A stretch of 64,000 nt of DNA from Trypanosoma brucei (taxonomy: Eukaryota). Shown here in pieces: positions 1 through 12,412 of this stretch. The notes beneath the pieces are model-generated. The model was given only the letters and a program-made list of their open reading frames with translations, did not search any database and was not told the DNA's origin. Location: positions 800,001 through 864,000 of the forward strand of contig CP000067.1 of NCBI GenBank assembly GCA_000002445.1, written 5' to 3'. A program made the translations under genes and the position numbers. The stretch's first letter is position 1. Every line of letters starts with the position of its first letter.

Positions 1-2879
1 CCGGGAGCAAGGCCTCTTCCAGTAAAGATGAGAACAAAAGTGATGATACAGATGATGTGGTAGACGCGGAGACGCGCGCCACAATCAATGCACTACAAGA
101 AATAAGTCGTGACGAAGCCTACGCGAATCGATTGCGGGACCGGTTGTGCACCTTGCGAGCCGATCCAAAGTACCTTGAGCGGTACCATGCACGGCGGTCA
201 TCGCTCTCAATTAATGCCGTGTCGCAGAGCATCTTAAATGAGCTCCAACAGAACCGCGTCGTCGTAGTGTGTGGTACCACAGGCTGCGGGAAGACGACAC
301 AAGTGCCACAATATATTCTTGATGCAGAAATAATGGCTGGTCGCGGCGACCAGTGTTGCATCGTCGTTACGCAACCGCGGCGATTGAGTGCATTTAGTGT
401 TGCGGAACGAATCGCCAGTGAGCGCCTGTCAGCCGTGGGTGGCGACGTTGGATACGCCGTGCGATTGGACGCACGTCCTGGCCGTCACGTTACGCTATGC
501 ACAACAGGTGTTTTGCTGCAGATGTTGGTTGGCATGCCATCGCTTGATGCGGTAAGTCACTTAGTCATTGATGAAGTGCATGAACGCGACATTAATTGTG
601 ACGTGCTCCTCGCTCTAGTTAAAGATCTCATGGAAAGTGGGGGGAACCCACGCCTGAAGGTTGTTCTCATGAGCGCGACAATGCAGTCTGATATGTTCGC
701 ATCTTACTTTGGCAGGGCGCCTGTGATCAGTGTGGAAGGCGCCACATACCCGGTGGAAGTGCGGTACCTTGATGATGTGGCTGCCCTTCTCCAGAAACAA
801 ACCAACCCCAGAAATGCCTACTACAGTACCATGTTTGACTCTCTAACTGCGGCTCGGGGGGCCGGTGAAGTCGGAAGAAGAGGAAAGGGGGCGGCCAACA
901 GAGGCAGATCGGGTTTTGGCGCAAAGAAGCAGTTGCTCAGTTCTCCACTGAAAACAGACTATAGCCTCATTGCGCAGCTTGTTCGCCGAAGCGTCGAAGT
1001 GGACCTCAACAACGACGTTTTCGGTAAGTCTGTTCTTGTCTTCCTTCCCGGCTGGAAGGAGCTAGTGGCGGCAAAACAAGCCATCGAGGGTCTTGGGGAC
1101 GGCCAACGGTACCATATAATACTTCTCCATTCATGTGTTGATGCGGCGAAGCAACGCGAATGCTTTGCGCCAGCGCCCGTAGGAAAGGTAAAGGTGGTTC
1201 TTGCCACCAACATTGCCGAGAGTGGCATCACAATTGATGATGCAGCAGTTGTTATCGATACTGGACTGATTAAACAAACCACGTGGGTCTCGCGTGTCTC
1301 CGGGCTCCAGCAGCAGGGAAGGGAGCTTGGCATCCTTGCAGCACCCATGTCAACAACATACGCCACGCAGCTGTCGCTGCGGTATGCAAGTCAGGCGAAC
1401 TGCACTCAGAGAAAGGGACGGGCGGGGCGGACACAGGGAGGAGTTTGCTACCGGCTGTTCGTGCGTGACGTATGGGATGTGCTACCGGCTTTCCAAGAGG
1501 CAGAAATTCATCGTGTGCCTCTGACGCAAGTGTTGCTTAAACTCCTAGCTCTTGGTCACGACAGGCCGAAGGAAAAACTTCGCACGTTTATTGAGCCTCC
1601 ATCCGAGAAAAATGTGGAGGACTCCATGCGCCAGCTGCAGAGCCTCGGTGCGGTGTCTGCCGACGAACGGCTCACGCCCCTTGGCCTCTACTTGTCACGA
1701 CTTCCCTGCGAACCGACGGTAGCGAAGATGATTATGATGGGCGCTGTCCTCCGCTGCCTTGACTCTGCATTGACGATGGCTGCAACGGGCGACGTGAATC
1801 CGTTCCTTTCAAGCCGTGATATGTCCTTTGAGGTGAGGGTCCGGCGGCGTGTGTTTGCAATGGGGTCGCAGAGCGACCATATTAGCGTATTGAATGCGTA
1901 TAATGCGTACAGTGCACGGCGTGCCGACGCCGGCTTCGCCAAGGAAAACTTTCTGAGCGCAAACAATATGAGGCTTATCTCCCGGTATAAGCAACAGTAT
2001 CGCGATATTCTTCAGCGTTCAGGATTTATTCGCGACACAGAACTAAACTCTCCACAGTTCACAAGCGAATGTGGGAGTTTTGGTGGAGATGGTTCTCACG
2101 TTTTGTACTTCGACGATGGACCGCTTTCAGCTGACGCCACAGATGTGTCGCTAGTGAAGGCTTGTCTGTGTGCAGCACTTTTTCCGAATGTGGCTGTTCT
2201 TGACCCGACACCGCTGCTCCAGCAACAGGGGAAAAAGGCGAAAACGTTGGTGATGCGCACTTCAACACGCTCCGCTATTTCACCATCAAAGGATAGTGCG
2301 TGTCGCCGTACAGGCTCACCGCAAGCACATACCTGTTCCACACCACAAGATTTATTCAGCCCGCACAACGATGAGCACATGGATCTTCCCTCTATGTTGT
2401 ATATTTATCAGGGTATTTTTTCGTTGAAGGAGTCTCGAGAAGAGTTTCTAACCCAAGTTTCCTCCGTTAGCCTTTGGGCGCTGCTTCTCTTTGGTGTTGG
2501 AGAGGCTGACATGCACTACGACAACCAGGTGCAACTGTGCGTCGTGGGAAACTGGATTGGCATTCATATGGACTCCGAGTCATACAAGGCCCTTGTTGCG
2601 ATTCGTACCATTTTGCACGCGTGTGTGTGGCGCAAGTACAAGCACCCGGAGGATCCCGGAAATAATCGAGCGCTCGAGGAACTCCACCGCATTTGCAAGG
2701 GTATTTTGAAGTCACCACCGAACGATAAGGAACAATACCTGAATAATCTCGTGGACACGGGAAGGATTTTCTCTCCAATGGAAGTGCAGCAGCTAACCGA
2801 TGATGTCAAAATGGAGAGACTCAATGGGGAACAAGATGACGACGGCAACAGAGACGTATGGGAGTTACACGAGGTGTGA
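1..2879 (+). CDS. DEAH-box ATP-dependent RNA helicase, 5'-partial (the reading frame is open to the window start; the ORF track begins at a GTG at 57)
   Basis: Walker A 'GTTGCGKTTQ', the 'DEVHERD' DEAH motif, 'TNIAESGIT' and 'QRKGRAGR' helicase motifs, and an HA2-like C-terminal region. No in-frame stop lies between position 3 and 57. Confidence 0.85.
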   Translation, partial: GSKASSSKDENKSDDTDDVVDAETRATINALQEISRDEAYANRLRDRLCTLRADPKYLERYHARRSSLSINAVSQSILNELQQNRVVVVCGTTGCGKTTQVPQYILDAEIMAGRGDQCCIVVTQPRRLSAFSVAERIASERLSAVGGDVGYAVRLDARPGRHVTLCTTGVLLQMLVGMPSLDAVSHLVIDEVHERDINCDVLLALVKDLMESGGNPRLKVVLMSATMQSDMFASYFGRAPVISVEGATYPVEVRYLDDVAALLQKQTNPRNAYYSTMFDSLTAARGAGEVGRRGKGAANRGRSGFGAKKQLLSSPLKTDYSLIAQLVRRSVEVDLNNDVFGKSVLVFLPGWKELVAAKQAIEGLGDGQRYHIILLHSCVDAAKQRECFAPAPVGKVKVVLATNIAESGITIDDAAVVIDTGLIKQTTWVSRVSGLQQQGRELGILAAPMSTTYATQLSLRYASQANCTQRKGRAGRTQGGVCYRLFVRDVWDVLPAFQEAEIHRVPLTQVLLKLLALGHDRPKEKLRTFIEPPSEKNVEDSMRQLQSLGAVSADERLTPLGLYLSRLPCEPTVAKMIMMGAVLRCLDSALTMAATGDVNPFLSSRDMSFEVRVRRRVFAMGSQSDHISVLNAYNAYSARRADAGFAKENFLSANNMRLISRYKQQYRDILQRSGFIRDTELNSPQFTSECGSFGGDGSHVLYFDDGPLSADATDVSLVKACLCAALFPNVAVLDPTPLLQQQGKKAKTLVMRTSTRSAISPSKDSACRRTGSPQAHTCSTPQDLFSPHNDEHMDLPSMLYIYQGIFSLKESREEFLTQVSSVSLWALLLFGVGEADMHYDNQVQLCVVGNWIGIHMDSESYKALVAIRTILHACVWRKYKHPEDPGNNRALEELHRICKGILKSPPNDKEQYLNNLVDTGRIFSPMEVQQLTDDVKMERLNGEQDDDGNRDVWELHEV

Positions 2880-3245
2880 CACGGGAAGGGAGTAAAGCAC
2901 ATCCCGACTTCGTGCCGGGAACTATTACGGTTTCGCCCAACCACGTGATAAGTGGGAAGAACTATAAATATGGCCTGTGCCACTTCACAAATCTGATAAA
3001 CGCGTACAAATTAATTAAACAGCGAGTCCGGCTCTCGTTGAGTGCGCGCAATTTCCCAGCAGAAAGGCATTCCAATGCCCTCTCGCCCCAAGTACTTGCG
3101 CGTATAACGGAGGAGGAACGAGCCGGTCAGCAAAACGGTCGTCAGTGCGCTTTGTCGGTAGCCACAAACTCAAGTGCCTTTTGTCATTGCTTATTGTTGT
3201 CAATAGACTTATATCACTTTTTCTCTTGTTTTCTTTACTCATCAT

Positions 3246-4730
3246 TTGTACGTGGTCACTAATATACATGCTAAAAAGGGAACGGGGGCGGCACACGCGG
3301 GTAGTTGGGTGAAGATGACAGATGGAAACCCTGGCGAGGATGCAATCAGGAAAGTAATAGTTTCTGCTTCCCCTCACTGCGATTTGTTGCATTTCGTGGG
3401 GCATGTTCCCCATCCCTACGGTGTCATAACGCCGCAAACCATGATGGAGAAAAATGCGGAATGCGTGAAATTCTCTCTCACACCACTCGAAAGGGAACCT
3501 TCCGTGACAGTAAGTGGAAACCACCCCCTTTTTGCGCCTGTTGTGATTCCCCGGGTGAAGGCGACGTCGTCCGCTCCAGCAGCTGCGTCAGAGGCGGGAA
3601 TGTCGCCATATTTTCCGCACAGCGGTGTCGGACTGGCACAGTCGGCATTCCGCAGTAACTTTGAGACCTTCTCCTGGGGGGTGGTTTCATCAGATGAACA
3701 ACGGCAACAAAATTACCAGTCACAAAGACACAAGGTGACTGAACGAGGTGACCATCAGGTGCAGCAGCAACCAGCTCACAATGAAGCTGAAACCCCCAAC
3801 CCTGACGCTGTTGGAGAGCAAGCGTTTATTCCCACAGTCACTGACAGTTCTTCCCGTCTAGTGAACACGTCAAGGATAGGTGGTGAAATACGTTATGAGG
3901 TTAACTTCCTGGCAGTGCGCCGGTCGCTTCTGCAAGTGTTTCTTATTCTTCATATGCCCGAGCGGAGCCCAGCGGTGGCCTTTCGTTTCTGTTCCCATGA
4001 CCCATTGCCGGGAGGTACCACCTGCCTCTCAGTTCTCCCCCGATGTGCTGAGCGCTTGCCAACGCTGGCACATCCCGCCGAAGTGACCTTCACAGACGTG
4101 CAGGCAACTGCTCATTGGAAATATTCCCTCCGCTGCGACTGCCGTATTATTCAAGAGGGTGAAGAGGCAAGTGTTGCGGAAGGTAAGTCTCAGCGCTTCA
4201 TTTCCATGAGATGGACCACAGGTGGAACCCCCGAGCGCACTCTTGAGTTAAGTGCCCTCTTGACAGAAGTCATGACACCGATGCTGTTTGCTGTCCCCGC
4301 AAAGCTGCTCAAGTCAACGGAGGAAAGGGGTAAAACAACACCACAAATCACCGGTTTCTTCCAACGTCGCTCCTTTCATCTCATGGCACTCATTGCACAT
4401 GGTGTGTGGTGCGAAAAAGTGGCCCGGTACATTATCAACGAGTCGAACAGAAGCGGCCTCGTAGCTCTTTGCGCTGAAACTTGCTCAGCCAAATTGAAGC
4501 TTCGTGATGATGTCTCGCTAGATGCCAATGAAAAGTGGGAGACGGAACTCACATTTCACCGCACTGAATCCTGTGATTGCACCACGACAGAGCGAAGTGT
4601 ACAGAAGCCAAAACCCTCCAAGTGCTTACATGTCTTAGTTAGGGGATGTGAAGATGTGATGGGTTGGGGGTGGGGCACCGCATCAACGCGCAGCGGGCTT
4701 CAGGACCTTGCAGAAGCGGTGACGCGCTGA
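3246..4730 (+). CDS. hypothetical protein (494-aa ORF, no recognisable domain). The true start may be an internal Met, e.g. the one in 'MTDGNPGED'.
   Basis: A long uninterrupted ORF co-directional with the plus-strand cluster. No motif recognised. Confidence 0.45.
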   Translation: MYVVTNIHAKKGTGAAHAGSWVKMTDGNPGEDAIRKVIVSASPHCDLLHFVGHVPHPYGVITPQTMMEKNAECVKFSLTPLEREPSVTVSGNHPLFAPVVIPRVKATSSAPAAASEAGMSPYFPHSGVGLAQSAFRSNFETFSWGVVSSDEQRQQNYQSQRHKVTERGDHQVQQQPAHNEAETPNPDAVGEQAFIPTVTDSSSRLVNTSRIGGEIRYEVNFLAVRRSLLQVFLILHMPERSPAVAFRFCSHDPLPGGTTCLSVLPRCAERLPTLAHPAEVTFTDVQATAHWKYSLRCDCRIIQEGEEASVAEGKSQRFISMRWTTGGTPERTLELSALLTEVMTPMLFAVPAKLLKSTEERGKTTPQITGFFQRRSFHLMALIAHGVWCEKVARYIINESNRSGLVALCAETCSAKLKLRDDVSLDANEKWETELTFHRTESCDCTTTERSVQKPKPSKCLHVLVRGCEDVMGWGWGTASTRSGLQDLAEAVTR

Positions 4731-5014
4731 GACCTTTCCTGTCGTTAAGAAAGGGAGGTGTCAAAAAAAAAAACAAAAAGGGGGGATTTAAACTGGACCC
4801 TCGTGTACAGATGGATGTTTTGTTCCCGTCTGGAGGAGGGAAAAGAAATGAGGATCCCTGGAGAAAGATGAAGTTGGAATCGGGTTGTCAACACCTGTTG
4901 CGAGTTTATTCTTCCCTCAAATATATGTATATATATATATATATATAATGGCATCTTTTTCTTTTTTTTTACAAGGGCCATTTTTTAGTAAACGTCAAAG
5001 GTAGGCGGTGTTAG

Positions 5015-5638
5015 GTGATAATGCGGCGGAGCGTCTGTCTACTACTCCTTTCTCTAGTAATGCATGCCAATGGCAACTTCTTTGGGATCAGTTTAGAAAA
5101 CCGATGCCAGCCACTGAGTTCCCTAAAAGGCGTCAACAGAGCTATCCTCAACAAATCAGGGGAAGAGTACAAGGAGTCGGATGAACTTTTTTGTGAGAGG
5201 GGAGCCCCTGAGCAGTTTAAATGCAACTGTGGCGTTGCTACCACGTGCCTTTCAAAAAAGGACCCGTGGGGGAACAACATCGGTGTTTGTGGATGTTGCC
5301 CTCCGTGGTTATTCCTCTTCTACACATTTTTTACTATCATTGTCGGCTTTGCCATCGCATCCGCCTTCTATATTTGCTGCTGCCGCGGCAAGTGGTGGTT
5401 TGACGGCTACCCGAAAGCGATCATCCCCGCCTTCTCCCGCCGTGGCCCCGGTACCGTCGTACCCGCTGCCGTACCGCTCCCTCCCACATTATTCCGCGGC
5501 TACCGGACGACTGATTTTGTAAATGACACGGCTGCAACTCGACCAGTGGTTGATGGGGAATCTGCCGGTACTCGCACGCAGCGGGAGGGGGCCTCATCCC
5601 TTTGGAACAATGATCAAATCGTAGATGATGAACCATAA
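5015..5638 (+). CDS. hypothetical small membrane protein (signal peptide, Cys-rich ectodomain, one TM helix 'LFLFYTFFTIIVGFAIASAFYICCC')
   Basis: N-terminal hydrophobic leader, an internal TM segment, and co-directional with the cluster. Confidence 0.4.
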   Translation: MIMRRSVCLLLLSLVMHANGNFFGISLENRCQPLSSLKGVNRAILNKSGEEYKESDELFCERGAPEQFKCNCGVATTCLSKKDPWGNNIGVCGCCPPWLFLFYTFFTIIVGFAIASAFYICCCRGKWWFDGYPKAIIPAFSRRGPGTVVPAAVPLPPTLFRGYRTTDFVNDTAATRPVVDGESAGTRTQREGASSLWNNDQIVDDEP

Positions 5639-6459
5639 ATATGAGGGTGAGGGATGGACAATGAAGGAGGAGAGAAGAAGAGGAAGGAGAAGGAGAAAAC
5701 ACAATGGAGAAATGGTGGCGTGTGTGCTTGTGGGTGTGCAAAGAGGTAGAAAAAAAAAGAAAAAGAATGAGCAAAAAGAATGGTTAAGGAACGAAAAGAA
5801 AGAAAGAAAGCAGAGCGAGCGCAGCTGCAGGTGTGGAGGCATCGCAGCACATCTCCCCCATCTTTCAAAGTATTCTATTTTCGTTTCTTCGTTTGTTCTG
5901 TTAGGTATTTTTGCCAGGGATTCACGTCAGTAATTGAGTTGGTGGTGGCGTGAATATCTTTTTTTGGAGTCCACCTCAATGCGGGTTCCATATTGCGTTG
6001 TTGTTGTTTCGTTTGCTTCCGTAGCTTCTTCGAGGAAACATGTATACACGTATGTGTATATGTATACGTATATTACTTTGAATGAAAGCACTCTTGCGTA
6101 AAGTGGCCACAAAGGGGATGAAGGGAATTTCTTTTTTTGAACAGTTCGTTGTGTTGGTTGCTTTTTTCGGTCTTTTTTTTTTCCTTATGGTTTTCGGCAA
6201 GGCTGCAACAACAGAACCTTCTTCAGTGAAGTTAAGGGTTTATAGAAATACATGTTTTCGTACACGTGTGTGTGTGTGTGTATCTGTGTTGTGCTGTGTG
6301 TTGTTTCGCTTGTCATTTTCTTCCATTTCTTCTTTTCCTTTCCTGCTTTTCTTTGCTTTATGCTGTTCTCTTTTTGGTACGAACAGGCTGCCATTATCGG
6401 TGTTTTGGTACAGTTGTGCGTATACATGCATATACATATTTATATATTTATATTTATAC

Positions 6460-6462
<3 letters not shown>

Positions 6463-6499
<37 letters not shown>
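6463..6499. repeat. (TA)n microsatellite, with (GT)n at ~6265-6281 and a (CCCT)n tract at ~6613-6635 nearby
   Basis: Direct read. Confidence 0.9.
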
Positions 6500-6505
<6 letters not shown>

Positions 6506-9500
6506 GTGCGAAGAGGGGAGGGGGAGGGAGAGGGAGAGATCCTTATTTTAACAAACAAAAAAAAAAGAAGTAAAGGGAGGAAGTGGATCATTTTCCAGAG
6601 GAATGCGTTCCCCTTCCCTCCCTCCCTCCCTCCCGAGACAGGAGTCGAAAAATGATATAAAATAGTTGAGTGGTTAATTTTATTGCTGCCGAAATCAACT
6701 CCGTGAGATGCACAATTAGAGCGCAACTAGTTTGAGTTTGTGGTGAATGTAAAGGAGAGCAAAACAGAAAGAAAGTGGGAATAGTTTTTGTTTAACAAAG
6801 AAAGAAAAGAAGAAGATGAAAAGTAGTAATTTCTTTTTTTTTTTTTTTACTACTGGACAAAATAAGCAACTGTTCTACTCGTGTGTCCTCACATGACTGT
6901 GGATGATCCAAACTTGACTCCCCCCTTTCCCCTTTTTCCTTTTGGTGATGCAACGCGTTGCATTCCGGGGCTAATAACTTTAACCCTTGTCTTCGTTGTT
7001 GCAGCAACAACAAAAATAAGGAAAAGTTAATGTTGGAACGTGCACATAAACGCACGTTGCTTACATACTTGCATACGTTCATGTTTTTTTTTCCTCTTTT
7101 TTTTTTTGCTTTCTTCGCTTTTTTGTCATTTCTGGACTCAACTGATACGCACAGAAACGATTAAGGACAAGTAGAGTTCATAAAATGAATGTCATTAGCA
7201 CAGTTTGAGTGAATATGAAAAGTTACGCGTGTGCTTAAAAAAAAAAAGAGAGAGAGAAATAAGAGTGACTGCGGCATCACACAGAGAATTGTTTGCGTGC
7301 CATGAACTGACTGTGAAAATGCTGAATTTAAGCACAAAAAACCAAAACCACCGATTTGTTGGCGTACGTGCTTGAGTTTGTGTCCAAAATGAATCAACAG
7401 TTTGAGAGGCAAAATTATGTTATGACAGCCGCCGTGCACACGACCGGCGCATCCCACAGTAGCGGTGGACGAATAGGTGGACAAAAGAGAACAGAGAAAG
7501 TAAAATAGGATAGAATGGTTAAGGCAATTAGCTCCATAAGAAATGGGATCGTATCAATTGACACATTCCCTCTTTCTGTACCGTAGGTCCGATTCAACAC
7601 TTTCAATTTCTTCTATTTTTCTCCTCCAGATCATATTTGCCTTTCAGTGCGTGGTGCGCGAATTGGCACGCGAGAGGCGGAACATTTCTTGAAGCTGTGC
7701 GTTTTCTGGTGCCGTCGCTGTGATCGTGCGCCTTTTAGCGCACCACAGTAATGACATGAGAAGGCAAGAGGATAAGGCAGATTCGGGAAGATCCTTCTTT
7801 TATTTGTTTGTTTGTTTGCTGCACCCACCTGATCGACCATTACCTCTAATTGATTCGATCATTCCTTGGAATTACCTTTACTTTACAGTTTGGATGCGTT
7901 ACTTCGTTCATGCAGGCGAGTGAATTGTGTCGGTTCTCCGTATTTGCTGCTCCTCTCGTAAAATGTCCTGAGCTGCGGGATGGTTGAAAATAATGCGGGC
8001 TCGTCACAGACAAAATGGATGATGGGGGGAGGAGGAGGGGTGCGGGACAGTGAAATTCAGCGGTCAAACGAAGCGAAATATCTCACTTCTCTTTTGTTTT
8101 ATTGTGGACATTCAACCGGCCGGCTGTTACGCGTTTCTCACTCCAAACGGAAGGACCCATGCAGGCCCACCCATAATATGTCTTAGTATATATATATATA
8201 TATGTATATACATACACATATTATTTTTTTTCTTCCCCCCCCTCCAGAAAATGCAGGGAAATCACGTGTTACGCCATGAACGGTGTTCATTCGTCCACCA
8301 ACTCTGGAGGAAGCAAATGATGACAACAAGATGTAATTTTATTTTGTCTGTGCACGCACAAACGGTTCTTGAGAAGGGGAGGCAGAGGAATTTCCGTCTG
8401 TGCTGCAACTCTATTTTTTATTCAATTCAAGTCTTCAATCCCATCCGCACCCGTTGCGAGCTGTTAATGTGATGCAAAATGCGTACCGGTGCCTTGTAAT
8501 AATGGATATATCAGCACTGGGGTGGACAAATGCAAAAAAAACGGGTGGATAAATTAGACGAAATGCATAACTTCACGTATTATTATTGCTGTTATTTGGC
8601 AGGCATAACATATAACTGGTAACCAAAGGTGCGAGAGGATTGTAACGGTGATGGGTGCAGTTTCGGTATGTAAGTTGCACCTTTGGAGACATCAGTATGA
8701 GGGAAAGAAGTAAGGAAGAAGAAGAGGAGAATTGTTGCACGTATCTTTGTACTGTCAGTGGTTCTGCTAAAGTAAGTGTTAACTTACTTCTTCGATCATG
8801 TAATGCCTTGTCCCGATTTCTGTACGTGGTGGAAGTGTGTGTGAGCAGGGTGCTTGGTTTAATCTGCTTATTTGGTCAATGCATACACATGTCCACTTGC
8901 TCACGGATTATGTGCGATAACAAGTTGTGCATGGGGCATTCACCCTTTGCGTGTATGTTGTCGGGTCGCACCTTTCCTTTGTTTCCGAGGGATGCGTTTG
9001 ATTAAATGCTCTTCTGTTCGGGCGCTCATTCGGTGGAACTCAACAAAGAGGATGAAGAGGAACGAACGGACCAGAAGGGAGGAGAGAAAAGGCCGCGGTT
9101 TCTCGATATATCGTTCCTCCTCCGTGGAGTGGCGACTTGCGCCCATATTTTTTTTTTCACTTGTTTATTTGTTTTCAGTCCACGATTGAGATACGACGCT
9201 CGTCACGGACGAACTTATTCAATTCCCCATCATCAGGACTGGAATGTGGCGAAGAAGAAAGAGGAGGGGAGGAGGAGGCAGAGCCGACGTAAAGGGGATC
9301 AGTTGGTGAAGGGGAGAATTCCTTAGTTATTAAAAATGACAACACAAACGGGGGGAAAAAATCATCCCCCTGTCTTTTTTTTTCGGCTACCTGTGCGTCT
9401 CAGACTGTTGCCATGGTCAAACGATGACATGAATCACTCTCACTGGGTCACCACGGGAAGAAACTTACATTTACACACACAGAGATGCTTACTAACCGCT

Positions 9501-10075
9501 GTCATGCACGAAAACTACAACACAAACCAAAAGAAAATGACGGGCATCGCGCGTACGTGTTCTTCGGCGTGTCGGCATGGAAGTAATAATGAAAAAAAAA
9601 AACACGTCCACCCTTTGACTTTCTTTCTTTTTACGACCAACTCTTCTCCCTGTTTCCGCCATCTGCGAACCGCGCGCCGGCACGCGTGCTCACCTGAACG
9701 CACTATCTACTGGTTGGAATACGAACGGATATCAGACTTACCAATCGAGGAACAAGAGAAAAGAGGAGCAACTACGTTTGTAGCATATACGCTTTTTTAA
9801 AAAACGCAAGAGAAAAAAGGAAAAGCAGGCAGCATAATTGTGAAGTTTGGACCAGCTCTTGGATCGCTCGCGTCGGTGAACCCTGCAACACATCCCAAAC
9901 ACAAGGTTAACTGACGCGCCATCAATATACCACCAGCAACAAAGGAGCTGTGAAACCTAGGGACTAAAGCAAAATAGAGAAAGGACTTGCGCATAATCAA
10001 GTCGGACCAAATATTTAACTAATAGGAGGCGTACTGAGAGCAGGCTGTATTAAGTGAAGGAAAGGTCGATCAAGC

Positions 10076-10522
10076 ATGGAAATCATTGATCGGCCCCTAA
10101 GTGAAATCATCAAGGAGCAAAACATTGCCCAGTCCCTGCGCCGCAACCGCCGAGGGGGGAAAGGCAACCAACAGCGACGGCCGAGAGGAGGAGCTCGGGG
10201 CGCCGTGACTGGTGGCAACCGTGGCGTGTCGAGACCCCGTCGTGGTTTGGGACGTGACCGCTTCAGAGAAGTGGACCGCCGTCGGCTCTTGTCACGGCGC
10301 CCTGATGGCCCCTTCCGCCGCTTCCGACCGTCATATGGCCGCGTATTGGAGAGGCGTCGTAATGCCGTGGATTACGGTGATGTGAGGTCGCGCCGCTCCG
10401 TGAAAAGCACCGATTATTTGCGTGAGCGCCGCCTCTCCGGTTCGGAACGCAACGAACGCCTCCGGTACCAGCGCCGTCGCGAAGAACTCTCCCGCGTCCG
10501 CTCCCGCTTCTCACGTGATTGA
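10076..10522 (+). CDS. small arginine-rich protein (148 aa) with RGG/RS-like low complexity and an N-terminal 'LSEIIK' motif resembling the UAP56/Sub2-binding motif of Aly/REF- and FOP/Chtop-like mRNA-export adaptors
   Basis: The ORF is open across a GC-rich stretch. The composition is extremely basic (R about 30%). It is the only convincing ORF in a ~6.8 kb gene-poor region. Confidence 0.45.
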   Translation: MEIIDRPLSEIIKEQNIAQSLRRNRRGGKGNQQRRPRGGARGAVTGGNRGVSRPRRGLGRDRFREVDRRRLLSRRPDGPFRRFRPSYGRVLERRRNAVDYGDVRSRRSVKSTDYLRERRLSGSERNERLRYQRRREELSRVRSRFSRD

Positions 10523-12412
10523 TAGGCCGGGCGCCCAATACGAGGGGGAGAGATGAACAGGAATTATTGAAGGTCAGGTGTTTGAGATGCGTGACTGAGG
10601 GAGAGGAAGCGAAAAAAGAAAAAAACCAAAAGGAAGGGGAACAATGAGTGAGAAGCACGGTTGGAAATGTAGAAAGGTTGCACTCAATAATAACGATAAA
10701 AAAGAAAATGGGGCGGCGAGGGGAGAAAGCAAAGAGGGAACGCAGCAAGTCGAACAGTTAAAGAAAGCAAGATGCAAGCCTACAAAACACTAGGAAGTGG
10801 AAAGGAGCCTGAGCGTTTCAACGCTTCATCAATGTCCCTCTTGTTTAAGGGTTGTTTGCCGTCACCAAATCCGTTGAGTCGAGTCCATTACCGGAGTTAG
10901 CCGCTTCAATGAAAATGACGAAGTTTTCCCGATGGAAAGTCAGTTGAAGGAAGGAGGGTAATATCGTGTAGCGATCTGTAGAGGAACGGAGAGGAGCGTT
11001 AGAAGCGGCGAGCTGAGAGACGAAAGAAATATGGCTGCTTGTAAACTTCTTTCTGCATTTGAACTGGAGCGGCGAAACCTGCCCACGAATGAAAAGATCA
11101 TCGCGAAAGAGAAAACCAACTTCACAGATTACCGGGAACTATAAACCAAGGACGCACACGAACATGTTGGTTACACATTATGTGGATTGTCACGACTTGA
11201 TTTGTTGGGTTCTTTTTCTGGTGTTGGTGTTGGTCGCGGTCATGAACGTATTGTTGCCCTTCTTCATGCGCGCAAAGGGGGGGGAGAAAAGTAGCAAAGG
11301 CATAAAATGAATAATTGATTGTTCAAATACAGTGTGCTAAGGCTAATACAACTAGAAAAGAACTAGGACAAGAAAAGGACGAAACATACGGGAAGAACTG
11401 ATAGTGAACGTTGTGAGGACTAAAAGATAGAAGGGGAGATGAACCTTGGGGATATGGTATACTCATATTTGTGCGGATGTATTTGTATTTGTTTTTACTA
11501 AGAGGAAATAAAGTGAACCAGCGACATGGTATGGTATGAACTGTTGGGTAAAAAAGAAAAAAAAGGACATTTCCACTAGCTGTAAAAGAAACGGAGAGAA
11601 GGTGAAATAGGGAAACAGAAAAAGAGGGAAATGAATTTGCTGCCTCCGTACAATGTTACACACTTCAAGGCAGCGGAATGACCCTTTAAATTTTTCATTT
11701 TCCCCATTAATCCCTTCGATATTATATTATGCGTGTCTCTCTCCCCTGCCTTCTGTTTTCTGTCTCCTTTTGTCTCCTTTTGTCATCCCTTAGCTGCCTG
11801 GAATGGGGATGTAGGAAGGCGAAAAAGAAAAAAAATACGTGTCTCTTTATTCCAACAGCAGTGCAGCGCGGGGGGTTGCAACATTGCATTTTTGTTTGGT
11901 TCTGTTTTTGCTCTTTTCTGTTTGTATTTGCTGGCGTTGTTAGTGTTGAAAACAAGAGAAAACAAAAAGAACGTGAGTATGTGCAATACAGGAACTGAAG
12001 TGAGTGGAACACCTACAAGAAACATAAAGGGGGGGTGCACTCTCTTAATTACCCTTTGCTTCGGCTTTCCTGCCACGACTTTTTTTTTCCCCATTACACT
12101 ATTATTATCACCGTTGGTGTTGTTATTTTTACTGCCTCTTCATCTTCGCAAAGGACAGGAATCGCGGCGGAAAGGACGGAGAGAGTAAAGCATTCCTTCG
12201 CTCCACTGCGTTGGCAGGACCCGTAGGAGGGCCCGAGAGAGCCAAAGGGAGAAAAACGAACGAAATAATATTAATAATAACAGTTATTAATAACGTGGAA
12301 GCGGTTTCACAGTTACATTTCAATAGCCCCGTTTGGATTAGAAGAATAGAAAAGAAACTGGAGTTGCGGAGGACTTGAGCCGACGAAGGGTAAGAGGGAA
12401 CAAAAAAGAATT

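Noticed and set aside
119-2983. Multiple 60-140-aa antisense or overlapping ORFs inside the DEAH helicase gene (e.g. 959-1366 minus, 2564-2983 minus)
   Set aside because: They lie within or antisense to a well-supported long CDS in a genome without overlapping genes. They are typical GC-driven spurious ORFs.
5594-9800. ORFs of 60-160 aa in the 5.6-10 kb gene desert (e.g. 6082-6573, 8050-8472, 9336-9800)
   Set aside because: Their translations are homopolymeric or low-complexity (F/L/C/K runs from the TTT/TC/GT repeats) and they overlap microsatellites. No compositional sign of coding.
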